Origin: an uncultured delta proteobacterium
Lineage (GTDB): Bacteria; Desulfobacterota; SM23-61
Assembly (NCBI GenBank): GCA_963712535.1
Contig: CAVQIK010000017.1
Coordinates: 2,451-66,450, forward strand
Direction: 5' to 3'
DNA: 64,000 bases
In this document: piece after piece, positions 10,029 through 19,762 of the stretch
Numbering within the stretch: position 1 is the first letter of the stretch
Layout of the letters: every line of letters starts with the position of its first letter
Translations under genes and position numbers: made by a program
The notes under the pieces: model-generated
What the model was told of the DNA's origin: nothing
Database searches by the model: none
Seen by the model: only the letters and a program-made list of their open reading frames with translations

Positions 10029-10772
10029 TCAGACGACCCGGTTCCGCAGCACGCCGATCCCGGCGATGTCTATTTCCACCTCGTCTCCCCGGTGGATATC
10101 CCCGATGTCCGGGGTCCCGGTCATGATGATGTCGCCCGGAAACAGGGTCATGATCTCCGAAATAAAGCTGACGAGTTCGGCGCAGCTGTAGTACTTCGCC
10201 TGAGTGGACCCGCTGACCCGGACCTCGTTGTTCACCCGGCAGGTAATGACGGTATTATCCGGGTCGAGGTCGGTTTCAATCACGGGACCGATCGGGCAGA
10301 AGGTGTCATAACTTTTTCCGTGAAAGGTGCCGTTGTCGCGGAGGACGAAATCGTAAGCGGTCACGTCGTTCCCGCAGGTGTAACCGAGAATGTACCGGGA
10401 AGCCTCTGCCGGCTTGATGTTTCGGGCGGGTTTCCCCATCACCACGACCAGCTCCGACTCAAAGATCAGGCGCTCGGACTCGGGAGGATAAACGATGTTC
10501 TCGCCGTGGGCGATGACCGAGCTCGGGGGCTTGAAAAATAAAAGGGGCCGGGGAGACCGGGAAGGGTTTTCTCCCCACGGGTAATTTTTCCCCGCGCAGA
10601 TAATCTTCGTGGGTTCGCAGGGGGGGAGGGGTTTAAACTTTTCGAGAAGCCCCAGAGCCGGCCCGCGCTCCGGCCGCCCTTCCAGGGCCGAGCCTTCGAG
10701 CCGGTACAACGTCTCCCCTTCGGCAACGCCGTACTGCTTCCTTCCGTCTTTCTCGAACCGGAGTAGTTTCAT
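10029..10772 (-). CDS. Fumarylacetoacetate hydrolase family protein
   Basis: KIICAGKNY, FFKP, ESEL, GYTCGNDVTA, GKSYDTF, DIIMTGTP. Confidence 0.92.
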   Translation of the reverse strand: MKLLRFEKDGRKQYGVAEGETLYRLEGSALEGRPERGPALGLLEKFKPLPPCEPTKIICAGKNYPWGENPSRSPRPLLFFKPPSSVIAHGENIVYPPESERLIFESELVVVMGKPARNIKPAEASRYILGYTCGNDVTAYDFVLRDNGTFHGKSYDTFCPIGPVIETDLDPDNTVITCRVNNEVRVSGSTQAKYYSCAELVSFISEIMTLFPGDIIMTGTPDIGDIHRGDEVEIDIAGIGVLRNRVV

Positions 10773-10897
10773 GATCTCTCCCCCTCGATCCTTAGTGGGC
10801 ATTTCCATAAATATCGTATCGTATTTTTTCGCTTAAAAGGGTTCACAGTACGGCAGAGTCAGAGACAAGCAAATGGAGTTCCTTGATACGTCCCTTC

Positions 10898-10948
10898 CAG
10901 AAATCCCCCCCGCCCCCCTTTATCAAAGGGGGGAAGGGGGGATTTCTG
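10898..10948. repeat. CAGAAATCCCC...CCCCTTT/AAAGGGG...GGATTTCTG REP hairpin
   Basis: Same family as the hairpins in MITE B and next to the DUF559 gene. Confidence 0.75.
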
Positions 10949-11142
10949 AGGCTTGTTCTCATGGCCAGGGTTTCCTTTTTCCAAACTCAAGAGCCTGCAA
11001 CATAGTACAGAAGCAGGCCGCTGCGTAACCTGAATACGTTAGTGAATTTATGAACTACTGTACTTAGGATAGCCACCGCCGAATCGTACCATTCGGCAAA
11101 GGACGGGGCAACCCGTAATTTTGCGATCAAGGCCCCTTCTCC

Positions 11143-11215
11143 AATCGGCATCGGAATCGGGATCGGGATCGGGATCGGGTTCCATTTTCGATTCCGAACC
11201 CGACCCCGATTCCGA
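11143..11215. repeat. (ATCGGG)n ... (CCCGAT)n imperfect palindrome
   Basis: Tandem hexamers forming an inverted repeat. Confidence 0.7.
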
Positions 11216-11261
11216 AAGAGTGTGGAAGTGGACATGCGAGACTCCCGATCAAGCCGGCCGA

Positions 11262-11307
11262 CGTCTGAGGTCTGTGGTCTGAGGTCTGATGTCCGTCCTC
11301 CGGTCTA
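11262..11307 (+). repeat. Heptamer tandem repeat (GTCTGAG-like)
   Basis: gtctgag gtctgtg gtctgag gtctgat gtccgtc. Confidence 0.65.
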
Positions 11308-11317
11308 ATGTCTATCC

Positions 11318-11346
11318 TTGATTTACCCGTCCACCTCTTATATCAT
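11318..11346 (+). promoter_or_regulatory. Putative sigma70 promoter
   Basis: TTGATT-17 nt-TATCAT ahead of a GGGGAGG RBS and GTG 11378. Confidence 0.5.
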
Positions 11347-11377
11347 TTCTTAGAAGTCTTTTCGGGGAGGGATAACG

Positions 11378-12247
11378 GTGGAAGCCAAAGATTTGCTGGA
11401 AGAGTATCTCGTTTCCGGCCACGGGGCCTGCCCGGGGTGCGCCATGCCGGTGGTCATGCGCCACGCCTTTCACGCGTTGGGCCCGAGGACCGTCTCCGTC
11501 GTCACCGCCAGCTGTTACGGGACGATTATCAGCACGTACCCTTTCTCCCCCGTTAAAATTTGCACCTACACGACTCCCTTCGCGTCGGCCGCTTCCGCTG
11601 CTTCCGGCATAAAGGCCGCCCTGGACCATCACGGGGATTTCCAAACCACTGTTCTCGCCGTCGCCGGGGACGGCGGGACTTTCGACATCGGCATCCAGGC
11701 CCTTTCGGCGGCCGCCGAGCGCAACGACGATTTTATCTTCCTCTGCTATGACAACGAAGCGTACATGAACACGGGGATCCAGCGCTCCTCGGCTACTCCC
11801 TGGGGGGCCTGGACCACCACGACCCCGCCCCTGAACCTCAAGAGCCAGCCCAAGAAAGATATCGTGGAGATCATGGCCGCCCACCGGGTGCCGTACGCGG
11901 CCACAGTCTCCATCGCGTACCCGGAAGATTTTGCCCGAAAGATCCGGAAGGCTAAGGAGACCCGGGGCCTCAAGTTCATCTATGCCCTTTCCCCCTGCCC
12001 GGTAGGCTGGCGGTTCTCTTCGGAGCTGACCATCCGGGTTGCCCGCCTGGCCGTTCAGTCCAAGGTCTTTCCCCTCTACGAAGTGGAGGACGGGGAGCGG
12101 TACCAGCTCACTTTGGAACCTGAGGGGGTCCCGGTGGGCCGGTACTTCGAGCCCCAGGGCCGGTTCTCCTTCTTGCGGGAAGGCGACCTGGAGAGAATCC
12201 AGGAGAACGTGGACCGTGAATGGGGGAGGTTGATGAGGCGGATGTAA
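11378..12247 (+). CDS. 2-oxoacid:ferredoxin oxidoreductase beta subunit (PorB/VorB type)
   Basis: GHGACPGC, AGDGGTFDIG, DNEAYMNTGIQRS, SPCP. Confidence 0.92.
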   Translation: MEAKDLLEEYLVSGHGACPGCAMPVVMRHAFHALGPRTVSVVTASCYGTIISTYPFSPVKICTYTTPFASAASAASGIKAALDHHGDFQTTVLAVAGDGGTFDIGIQALSAAAERNDDFIFLCYDNEAYMNTGIQRSSATPWGAWTTTTPPLNLKSQPKKDIVEIMAAHRVPYAATVSIAYPEDFARKIRKAKETRGLKFIYALSPCPVGWRFSSELTIRVARLAVQSKVFPLYEVEDGERYQLTLEPEGVPVGRYFEPQGRFSFLREGDLERIQENVDREWGRLMRRM

Positions 12248-12306
12248 CCTTTTGCAGAACCGTTCCAACCGGCGCCATGCCTTCCGCGGCCCATCCGGAG
12301 GTGCCC

Positions 12307-13296
12307 ATGAAAAGATTTTCCCTCTCACTCCTTCTGGCCATCTTCCTCTCCTTTCCTGCTCCCGCGAGCGCCGAGCAGGACCTGAAAGAAATATTCAAGG
12401 CCATCGTCAAGGTACATGCCAAGGTTCCGGAACACGCCCGCTCTGCCGGTACCCTGGGAACAGAACGGGAAGGCAGCGGAGTGATCATCGACTCCAAGGG
12501 GCACATCCTGACCATCGGTTATCTCATTACCGAGGCCGAGACGATCGAGGTAACCGGGCCCGAAGGAAAGGCCGTCAGCGCGACCTCCGTGGCTTATGAC
12601 TCAAGGACGGGATTCGGCCTCATACGCGCCGAGAAACCCATTGGCGCCGCTCCCATGGAAATCGGCCGATCATCCGATGTGGAAGAAGGGGACCGGGTGC
12701 TTGCGGCGAGCTATGGCGGGAGAGACTCCGTCCAGGGGGCCCAGGTCATCTCTCGGAAAGAATTTGCCGGCTACTGGGAGTACCTTCTCGAAAGCGCCAT
12801 ATTCACCGCCCCTCCCCACCCGAATTTCGGGGGGGCCGTCCTGATCGACCGGGGAGGGAAGCTGGTGGGGATCGGCTCTCTTTTCACTACGGTCGCCATC
12901 TCCGGGCTGGGATCGATTCCGGGGAACCTGTTTGTCCCCATCGACCTCCTCAAGCCCATCCTGGCAGACCTGATCGCGAAAGGCCGCTCTTCCGAGCCGC
13001 TTCGCCCGTGGCTCGGCGTCTACTCAGAGGAGACCCACGGCCGGGTCATCGTCACCCGGGTCACCCCGGAGGGTCCGGCTGAAAGAGCGGGCCTGAAGAG
13101 CGGCGACGTGATCCTTATGGTGAAACAGAAAGAGGTGAGCGGGCTGGCTGATTTTTACCGTAAAATGTGGGCGCTGGGAAATGCGGGGGTCGAAGTCCCC
13201 CTCACCATCCTCCAGGGGGTCCGGGTCCGCGACCTGGCCGTGAAGTCCGCCGACCGGTACGAGTACATGCCGCTCAAGCCGCGGAAAAAGATATAG
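12307..13296 (+). CDS. Exported S1C (HtrA-like) trypsin-fold protein with PDZ domain; catalytic His/Ser appear substituted
   Basis: Signal peptide; GSGVIID, LTIGYL, HPNFGGA, PWLGV...GPAERAGLKSGDVIL. Confidence 0.85.
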   Translation: MKRFSLSLLLAIFLSFPAPASAEQDLKEIFKAIVKVHAKVPEHARSAGTLGTEREGSGVIIDSKGHILTIGYLITEAETIEVTGPEGKAVSATSVAYDSRTGFGLIRAEKPIGAAPMEIGRSSDVEEGDRVLAASYGGRDSVQGAQVISRKEFAGYWEYLLESAIFTAPPHPNFGGAVLIDRGGKLVGIGSLFTTVAISGLGSIPGNLFVPIDLLKPILADLIAKGRSSEPLRPWLGVYSEETHGRVIVTRVTPEGPAERAGLKSGDVILMVKQKEVSGLADFYRKMWALGNAGVEVPLTILQGVRVRDLAVKSADRYEYMPLKPRKKI

Positions 13297-13334
13297 TTCG
13301 TTCCCATCCGGAAAACAAATTTCCCCTGGAGCTC

Positions 13335-14318
13335 TTATTCGGCCTTCTTTACCCCCATCTTCTTCAAGAAATCCCCGAACATCGTGTAGTCTGCCGGAAT
13401 TTTCTTCTCCAGTTCAGCCTGGTCTTTGTAATCATAAGGAATATCGAAGCTGGCTAGGACCTTTTGGAAGGAAGCCTCTCCGGTTACTTTCCTGATGACC
13501 TCCCCCAACTTCTTGGAAATGTCCGGCGGAAGCCCTTTCGGTGCCACCAAGAGAAGCCCAGCGGGGGGGACGTCCGGGCAGCCGAAATCCTTGGGAATCG
13601 GAGTGTCGGGATACAGGGGGTTCCGCTTTTCCCCTGCGGTCACGAGCATGAGCAGCCGGAACATGCCCTGCTTGACGTATATGATCTGGCTGGAACCGAT
13701 CGAGAAGTCGCAATGCTTGCCCAGGAGGATGTTGCTGGCCTCCGACGCGCCCTTGGTCGGGATGTGTCTAAAGCTGAGTCCTTTGCATTCGATGAACCGC
13801 TCCAGGGCCAGGTGCTGGCGGGTGTACATGCCCGTCGAGCTGTAGGAGAGCCCCGGATTGGCCTTGGCGCGAGCAATAAGCTCCTCCATGTTCTTGATGG
13901 GCGAGTCCTTGTGCACCACGACGACGCCGAGGTAATGGGCGTAGTAGGACAGGTAGGTGAAATCCTTCATGGGATCATAGGCCAGCTTCTGGAGATGAGG
14001 ATTGACGGTCAGGGCTCCCTCGCTGATCGAGCCCAGGGAGTACCCGTCGGGTTTCTTGCTGGCCACGAGGCCCGCGCAGACCGTCGTTGAACCGCCGGGC
14101 TTGTTTTCCACGACCACGGGCACGCCCAGCAATTTTTCCATGCCGCTGCCGATCGCCCTCGCGCTGACATCGGTGCTGGCCCCGGCCGCGTAGCCGCAGT
14201 AGATGGTGATCGGCTTGTCCGGCCAGCCCTGGCCGAAAGCCGGGGAGCAGAACAAAGCGAAAAGAAGGAAAGGGAGGGCGGCCAAACACGACAGCTTGGG
14301 ATGAATTATGGTCATCAT
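13335..14318 (-). CDS. Tripartite tricarboxylate transporter substrate-binding protein (Bug/TctC)
   Basis: WPDKPIT, AGASTD, VENKPGG, PDGY, YDPMKDF. Confidence 0.92.
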   Translation of the reverse strand: MMTIIHPKLSCLAALPFLLFALFCSPAFGQGWPDKPITIYCGYAAGASTDVSARAIGSGMEKLLGVPVVVENKPGGSTTVCAGLVASKKPDGYSLGSISEGALTVNPHLQKLAYDPMKDFTYLSYYAHYLGVVVVHKDSPIKNMEELIARAKANPGLSYSSTGMYTRQHLALERFIECKGLSFRHIPTKGASEASNILLGKHCDFSIGSSQIIYVKQGMFRLLMLVTAGEKRNPLYPDTPIPKDFGCPDVPPAGLLLVAPKGLPPDISKKLGEVIRKVTGEASFQKVLASFDIPYDYKDQAELEKKIPADYTMFGDFLKKMGVKKAE

Positions 14319-14376
14319 AAAAAACCTCCTTCAGGATTTCTTGATCGGCGCCTACCGAATTGTAATTTCATTTGGT

Positions 14377-14686
14377 GGATCATCTCCAATTTGGTTGAAG
14401 GAAAATACGGCGGGACTGGTAAATTGTGCTGGGATTCCAGGGGTTCGGAAGGGAAGACCCATTCCGCCACAATCCTGAGGCACCTATCTGTTCTTGGTTC
14501 TGGCGGGGGTGTTCTTCTGTCCTTTGAAGCAGGCCCGTTCAGGCCCCCGCTGTGCATTGCGGAGAGCCATTAGGTCCTTGTAACCCAAGCTTTATCCCGC
14601 CAAAGCTTGTGGCGGAATGGGTCTTCCCTTCCGAACCCTTGTTAGGTTTTCAAGAAGAATTCGATCAACTAAATTGGAGATGATCC
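14377..14686 (+). mobile_element. 310-bp MITE family A, copy 2
   Basis: Perfect 16-bp TIR GGATCATCTCCAATTT; perfect 32-bp internal inverted repeat 14441-14472 / 14607-14638; no TSD recognisable. Confidence 0.85.
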
Positions 14687-14736
14687 ATAAATTTTAACAT
14701 TTCCGCGAATTTTTCGTGCTCCCACTTGTGTTGTGG

Positions 14737-14952
14737 CCCGGGGGCAAGGGCGGTGCGTGCAGAAAGCCTTGGCGGGTGAAATCCTGAAGATGACTTGTTC
14801 GGGCTTCCGCAGAAAGAGGCGGAGCGACCGGGCACACCCCGAAGCGGTCCTGCATAGCTTAAGACGGGGAGCTTGCGCAGGCAGAAGTTTCGCCCCATCC
14901 AGGAAATGAAAGATGCCTCAGGATTTCTGCGCGCACCGCCCTTGCCCCCGGG
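14737..14952 (-). repeat. Long stem-loop element sharing the internal core motifs of MITE A
   Basis: 29-bp inverted repeat (one mismatch) 14737-14765 / 14924-14952; on the minus strand it encloses AATCCTGAGGCA...TGCGGAAG...CCCGCCAAGGCTT. Confidence 0.7.
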
Positions 14953-15100
14953 TCCTCGCAAGGGCTGGCCACTATCAGGCGGCGAGAATTCAATCCGCCT
15001 TGAGCGGTTCAAGGTTTTCAAGCCCCCACATCTGGTGGAGGGCATGACTTCACCAGGCTTCCAACGCAGAACAGGTTCAATGCGGCCGGGCTATTCCGGC

Positions 15101-16285
15101 TCACAGGACTTTTTGTTTTTTCAACTCCTCAATTTGCTCCCGGGAGTAGCCCAGGAGACCGGACAGGATTTCCCCGGTGTGCTGTCCCAGGGTAGGGGCC
15201 CCTTCGAAGACCTCTTCCTTCACTTTGGACATTTTGATCGGGTTTCCCACCATCTTGATCTCTTCCCCCAGGTGGTTCACCGGAACCACCATGTTGCGGG
15301 CTAACACGGACGGGTCCGACAGGGCCTCGGCGAGGTTGTTCACCGGCCCTGCCGGGACGTCGGCCTTGATGAGCAGATCCAGCCACTCCTCCCGGTCTTT
15401 TTCCAGAAATTTTCGTTCCAGGATGGGCATCAAGGCCTCCCGGTTTTTCAACCTCCCGTTCCGGGTGCTGAAACGAGGGTCTTTTCCCACTTCGGCAATT
15501 CCCAACGCCTGGCAAACTCCCTGGAAGAATTTCTCCTGGGCGGCGTCGATGGTCAGGTATTTTCCGTCCTTCGTCCGAAAGGCCCGGATCGGCACGGAAG
15601 ACACGTGACCCGATCCGATGGGTTCCGGGATGACTTTCTCCAGAAAGTAATACTGCGCCCGGTAGGTCATCAGCGAAATCTGGGCATCCAGCATGGCGAT
15701 GTCCAGTCGCTGCCCCTCCCCGGTCTTCTCCCGGTCGTAGAGCGCCGCAAGAACGGCCATGGCGGCGAACATTCCCCCGCCCAGGTCTCCCATGGGATAG
15801 CCGAGGCGAACGGGCGGTCTCCCGGGTTCCCCCGTAAAGCTCATGACGCCGCCCATCGCCTGGATGAGGAGGTCCAAAGCGGGACGGTCCTTGTATGGGC
15901 TGTTGGAACCAAACCCGGTGACGGAGCAGCAGATGATCTTCGGGTTCACCTTCTTCAGGGTTTCGTAATCGATCTTCAGCTTCTCCGCGGTTCCCGAACG
16001 GAAATTTTCGTACACCACGTCCGAGATTTTCACCAGCCCGTAAAAAGTTTCCCTGGCCTTCTCGTTCCGGAGGTTCAGGGTCATGCTCTTCTTGTTCCGG
16101 TTGAAACTCAGATAGTAGGCGCTTTCCCCCTTGTGGGTGTAGTGGACGGTCGTCCGGCTCAGGTCTCCCCCCTCAGGGTTTTCGATCTTGATCACCTCCG
16201 CCCCGAGATCAGCCAGGAGCAGGGTTCCGTATGGCCCCGCCATAATTTGCGACAAATCCAGGATCCGAACTCCGCGAAGAATCAT
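15101..16285 (-). CDS. CoA-transferase family III (CaiB/BaiF)
   Basis: RILDLSQIMAGP, LGAEVIKIE, NRNKKS, ENFR, catalytic MGDLGG. Confidence 0.93.
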   Translation of the reverse strand: MILRGVRILDLSQIMAGPYGTLLLADLGAEVIKIENPEGGDLSRTTVHYTHKGESAYYLSFNRNKKSMTLNLRNEKARETFYGLVKISDVVYENFRSGTAEKLKIDYETLKKVNPKIICCSVTGFGSNSPYKDRPALDLLIQAMGGVMSFTGEPGRPPVRLGYPMGDLGGGMFAAMAVLAALYDREKTGEGQRLDIAMLDAQISLMTYRAQYYFLEKVIPEPIGSGHVSSVPIRAFRTKDGKYLTIDAAQEKFFQGVCQALGIAEVGKDPRFSTRNGRLKNREALMPILERKFLEKDREEWLDLLIKADVPAGPVNNLAEALSDPSVLARNMVVPVNHLGEEIKMVGNPIKMSKVKEEVFEGAPTLGQHTGEILSGLLGYSREQIEELKKQKVL

Positions 16286-16345
16286 GTCACTCCTCCTAGG
16301 AATTCTCTAGGATTTATTCTTTGAGGAACTTTGTAATTTTCTTTC

Positions 16346-16446
16346 GGACGCAGATGAACGCAGATAGGCGCAGATTTGCAGGATTCAAAAACCTTTATTC
16401 CACGTTCTTAAGATAATCTGCGCAAATCTGCGGAAATCTGCGTCCC
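16346..16446. repeat. CGCAGAT / ATCTGCG tandem-inverted REP-like element
   Basis: 3x CGCAGAT followed by 3x ATCTGCG; related element at 54471-54642. Confidence 0.75.
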
Positions 16447-16453
16447 AATAAAA

Positions 16454-16852
16454 TTAGGCCTTTTTCTTCTGCTCTTCTTCCTCGATCTTCATGAGCGCCC
16501 GAATGCCGGTGTCGAACGCGGGCCCGCCTCCGGGAATGATCATGGTCTCGCAGGCCTCCATGAGCTCCTGCTTCGTCGCGCCGTGCTCAAGGGCCCTTTT
16601 CATGTGGAGGTAAACCCCGGTCTCCCGCCCTCGATACGCGAGGATCGCGATGGCCACGAGTTCCCGCGTCTTCACCGGAAGGGCTTTTCCGGGCCCCAGC
16701 CCGTTGTTGTAGAGATTGTTGTAGGCCTCCATGAAATCGGGGTCCCTCTCCGCAACATAAAACTTCGGGGGAGACCCGTACCCACGGTCCTTCTGCATCT
16801 TCTCTATGAGATCTTTTGCCCTCTTTCCTTTCTTTTCATCCGCCATTTTCAT
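16454..16852 (-). CDS. Carboxymuconolactone decarboxylase (CMD/AhpD-like) family protein
   Basis: LPVKTRELVAIA...HMKRALEHGATKQEL...GGP. Confidence 0.85.
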   Translation of the reverse strand: MKMADEKKGKRAKDLIEKMQKDRGYGSPPKFYVAERDPDFMEAYNNLYNNGLGPGKALPVKTRELVAIAILAYRGRETGVYLHMKRALEHGATKQELMEACETMIIPGGGPAFDTGIRALMKIEEEEQKKKA

Positions 16853-16981
16853 CGTCCTTTCTAAATTCAGGATCCTCTTCGCAAGTTGAGCAACTTCCTT
16901 TGGTTCTGTAGCCAGCGGCAGGCAGGCCTGCCCTTTTTCCAGGGTTACCCCGGCCCAACTTCCTTTCCCGCCCTTTTCCGG

Positions 16982-18133
16982 TCAGCGCTTCAGGATAATC
17001 ACCGTGGACGCCCCGGTGTCGTGGCCGATGAAACCCCCGGAGCAATGGCCCAGGCCGACTTTCGCCCCCTGTACCTGCCGGGCGCCCGCCTCGCCGCGGA
17101 GCTGCCAGACGATCTCGCACACCTGGGCTACCCCCGTCGCGCCGACGGGGTGGCCTTTGCATAGAAGGCCGCCGCTCGGATTGATCGGGAGCTTCCCGCC
17201 GATCTGGGTTTCCCCGGAAGCGACCCAGCGCCCGCCTTCTCCCGGGGGGCAGAGGCAAAGGTTCTCGATGCGGACGATTTCCGCGATGGTGAAGCAGTCA
17301 TGGACCTCCGCGAGGCTCAGGTCCTCCGGGCCGATGCCTGCTTTCTCAAAGGCTTCCTTGGCGGCCCGGGTTTCGAGTTCGTTGACGGCGATGTCCCGCA
17401 GGTTGTCGTAGGTTCCGGACTTGAGGGTGGCGGCTCCCACGTACACAAACTTCGTGGTGTACTTCCTGGCTACTTCCTCGCTGCAGAGGATGGCCGCGGC
17501 TCCTCCGTCCGTCGTGGGGCAGCAATCAAAAAGGGTCAGGGGATAAGAGATCATCGCCGACTTTCTCACCTCTTCGACGGTTACTTCCTTGGGGAGAAAT
17601 GCCCGGGGGTTCAGCTTCGCGTTTTTGCGGTTCTTCACCGCCACCATCGCAAGCTGCTCGAGGGTCGTGCCGTACTGGGCCATATGCCTTTGCGCGCGCA
17701 TCGCCCACACACCGGGAGGCGCGAACCCCGCGATCCCTTCGATGTTGTCGCCGGTGCGCCCGAGGGGAGCGCCTGTGCCGCCCGTTAATTTCTCCACCCC
17801 CAGGGCCATGGCGATGTCGTAGAAACCCGAAGCGACGGCCATATAGGCCTCCCGGAACGCCGTGGAGCCGCTGGCGCAGGCATTCTCCACCCGGGTGATC
17901 GGGATGCTCCGGATACCGACTCCCCTCAGGATCTCCTGACCCACGCAACTGATATGCCCGGTCTCTCTCCGTTCCGTCAGGTTCCCCACATAAGCCACCT
18001 GGATGTCCTTGGGACCCATCCCGGCATCCTTCATCGCGTCCCACGCGGCTTGCCTTCCCAAAACCTCGATGGGGGTCTCGGGAAATTTCCCGAATTTGGT
18101 CATCCCCACTCCGATCACCACAACATTCCTCAT
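16982..18133 (-). CDS. SCP2-type thiolase family protein
   Basis: ENACASG, CCPTTDG, EVHDCF, NPSGGL, GHPVGATG. Confidence 0.93.
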   Translation of the reverse strand: MRNVVVIGVGMTKFGKFPETPIEVLGRQAAWDAMKDAGMGPKDIQVAYVGNLTERRETGHISCVGQEILRGVGIRSIPITRVENACASGSTAFREAYMAVASGFYDIAMALGVEKLTGGTGAPLGRTGDNIEGIAGFAPPGVWAMRAQRHMAQYGTTLEQLAMVAVKNRKNAKLNPRAFLPKEVTVEEVRKSAMISYPLTLFDCCPTTDGGAAAILCSEEVARKYTTKFVYVGAATLKSGTYDNLRDIAVNELETRAAKEAFEKAGIGPEDLSLAEVHDCFTIAEIVRIENLCLCPPGEGGRWVASGETQIGGKLPINPSGGLLCKGHPVGATGVAQVCEIVWQLRGEAGARQVQGAKVGLGHCSGGFIGHDTGASTVIILKR

Positions 18134-18233
18134 GAGATTTCCTCCTCTGCTCTGCGCGCCGGCAGGGCTGAAAATTCGCTCGTCCCTTTCCTCAGCGTTT
18201 TATCCGTGTTCGTCCGCATCCGATCCATTTCGT

Positions 18234-18680
18234 TCAGGCGGCGTTTTCCAGGATCCGAAAACGATAGCCCATCACTTTTTCCCCCGAGGGATCTTCCCGG
18301 AGCGGCTCCAGCACGAATTCCACCGGGGCGTCGATCTTCAGGGTCTCGGGCTTCCAGCCGATGATTTTCGAGAGGACCCTGACCCCTTCGGGGAGCTCCA
18401 CGTAGCCGTAGGAGTACGGGACGGTAAAGCCTTTGGGGGCCAGCGACTCTCTCTCCACAATGGTGAAGGCGTAGAGCTTTCCCCTTGTGCCGAGAGAGCA
18501 TTCCTTCAGCGTGCCTTCCCGGAAACATTCGGTGCACAGGCTTTGCTGGGGAAAGAATACTTTTCCGCAGGCGCTGCACTTGCTCCCCAGAAGGTGGGGT
18601 TGCCCGTCTTCCGGGGCGGCCAGGGCTAATACTCGCGGGTCAAATGAGATCACTTCCTGTCTCCTTTCGTCGATCGCCAC
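18234..18680 (-). CDS. DUF35 Zn-ribbon/OB-fold protein (thiolase partner)
   Basis: CSACG..FFP...CTEC; GKLYAFT; PYSYGYVELPEG. Confidence 0.9.
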   Translation of the reverse strand: MAIDERRQEVISFDPRVLALAAPEDGQPHLLGSKCSACGKVFFPQQSLCTECFREGTLKECSLGTRGKLYAFTIVERESLAPKGFTVPYSYGYVELPEGVRVLSKIIGWKPETLKIDAPVEFVLEPLREDPSGEKVMGYRFRILENAA

Positions 18681-18778
18681 GCGTTTCGCGTAGCAAGGTC
18701 ATATCGTTTTCTCGTATCAGTTTAATGGGTGAGAAGATATCCCTGAAACTGGAGCCGGGAGAGCACAAGCGGCAGAAC

Positions 18779-18804
18779 GTAGGGGCGGATCACCTCGCCC
18801 CTAC
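18779..18804. repeat. GTAG-type REP
   Basis: GTAGGGGCG...CGCCCCTAC. Confidence 0.75.
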
Positions 18805-18836
18805 AACCCTTGCGCGTTACCCGTTGCATCCTTCAT

Positions 18837-19625
18837 TCATCCGCGGGAGGGGCTGGCGATCGTGACCCCGCCGTCCACGATGAGAACGACGCCGGTGATG
18901 AAGCGCGCTTCGTCCGAGGCGAGGAAAAGGGCGGCATATCCGATGTCCCAGCCGGTTCCCTCGATCTTCAAAAGGGTAGCCTGCTTCCGGCGTTCCCGGA
19001 GCTCATTTGTCATCCCCCGGGCGTAAACCATGGGGGTGTACATCGGTCCGGGAACGACGCAGTTTACGCGCACGCCCTGGCCCCCGTGGTCGATGGCCAT
19101 GGCTCGGGTCAACGCGATGACGGCGCCCTTGGAAGTGGTATAGGGCGTGAGCCCGCGCGGCCGGAGGGCGCTGATCGAGGAGATGTTGACGATGGAACCT
19201 CCGCCCCCCGCGCTCATCGCCGGCACGGCAAATTTTCCGGTGAGCATCATGCTCTTCACGTTCACCGCCATGACCCGGTCCCAGTCTTCCTCTTTCACCT
19301 CCACCACGGTGCCGGGGCCCGAGATGCCCACGTTGTTATCGAGAATATCGAGGCGGCCCCAGCGCTTCACCGCCCGCTCCACCATGTTCCGGCAGTCCTC
19401 AACCCGGGAAACATCGCCCAGGAAAACTTCGGCCTCGCCGCCTTCCTTCTTAATTATCTCCAGCGTCGATTCGGCGGCCGCCTGGGAATTGTCCACGAGC
19501 AGAACCTTCGCCCCCTCGCGGGCGAACAGGACGGCCGTGGCCCGGCCGTTCCCGATCCCCTCGGCCCTCGACCCGGCGCCGGTCACGATGGCGACCTTAC
19601 CCTCCAACCTTGGCTTTGACGGCAT
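18837..19625 (-). CDS. Short-chain dehydrogenase/reductase
   Basis: TGAG...GNG, NNVG, YTTSK. Confidence 0.92.
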   Translation of the reverse strand: MPSKPRLEGKVAIVTGAGSRAEGIGNGRATAVLFAREGAKVLLVDNSQAAAESTLEIIKKEGGEAEVFLGDVSRVEDCRNMVERAVKRWGRLDILDNNVGISGPGTVVEVKEEDWDRVMAVNVKSMMLTGKFAVPAMSAGGGGSIVNISSISALRPRGLTPYTTSKGAVIALTRAMAIDHGGQGVRVNCVVPGPMYTPMVYARGMTNELRERRKQATLLKIEGTGWDIGYAALFLASDEARFITGVVLIVDGGVTIASPSRG

Positions 19626-19762
19626 CAGCGTTCTCCTTTCGCCGGGTGTTATAAAACCGGCAGTCAGTTTCTCGGGTGTACACTTTTTTGGGGGGAGAGG
19701 GGGAGGCCTATTCCGTCGTCGAAGCAGAAAGGAACAGCCAGATGAATAAACACCTCAGGGCC

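Noticed and set aside
14960-15095. 6S RNA or HEARO/omega RNA
   Set aside because: Only a short CCTTGA..GGTTCAAGG resemblance; I could not build the long rod with central bubble, and the gene context is not typical.
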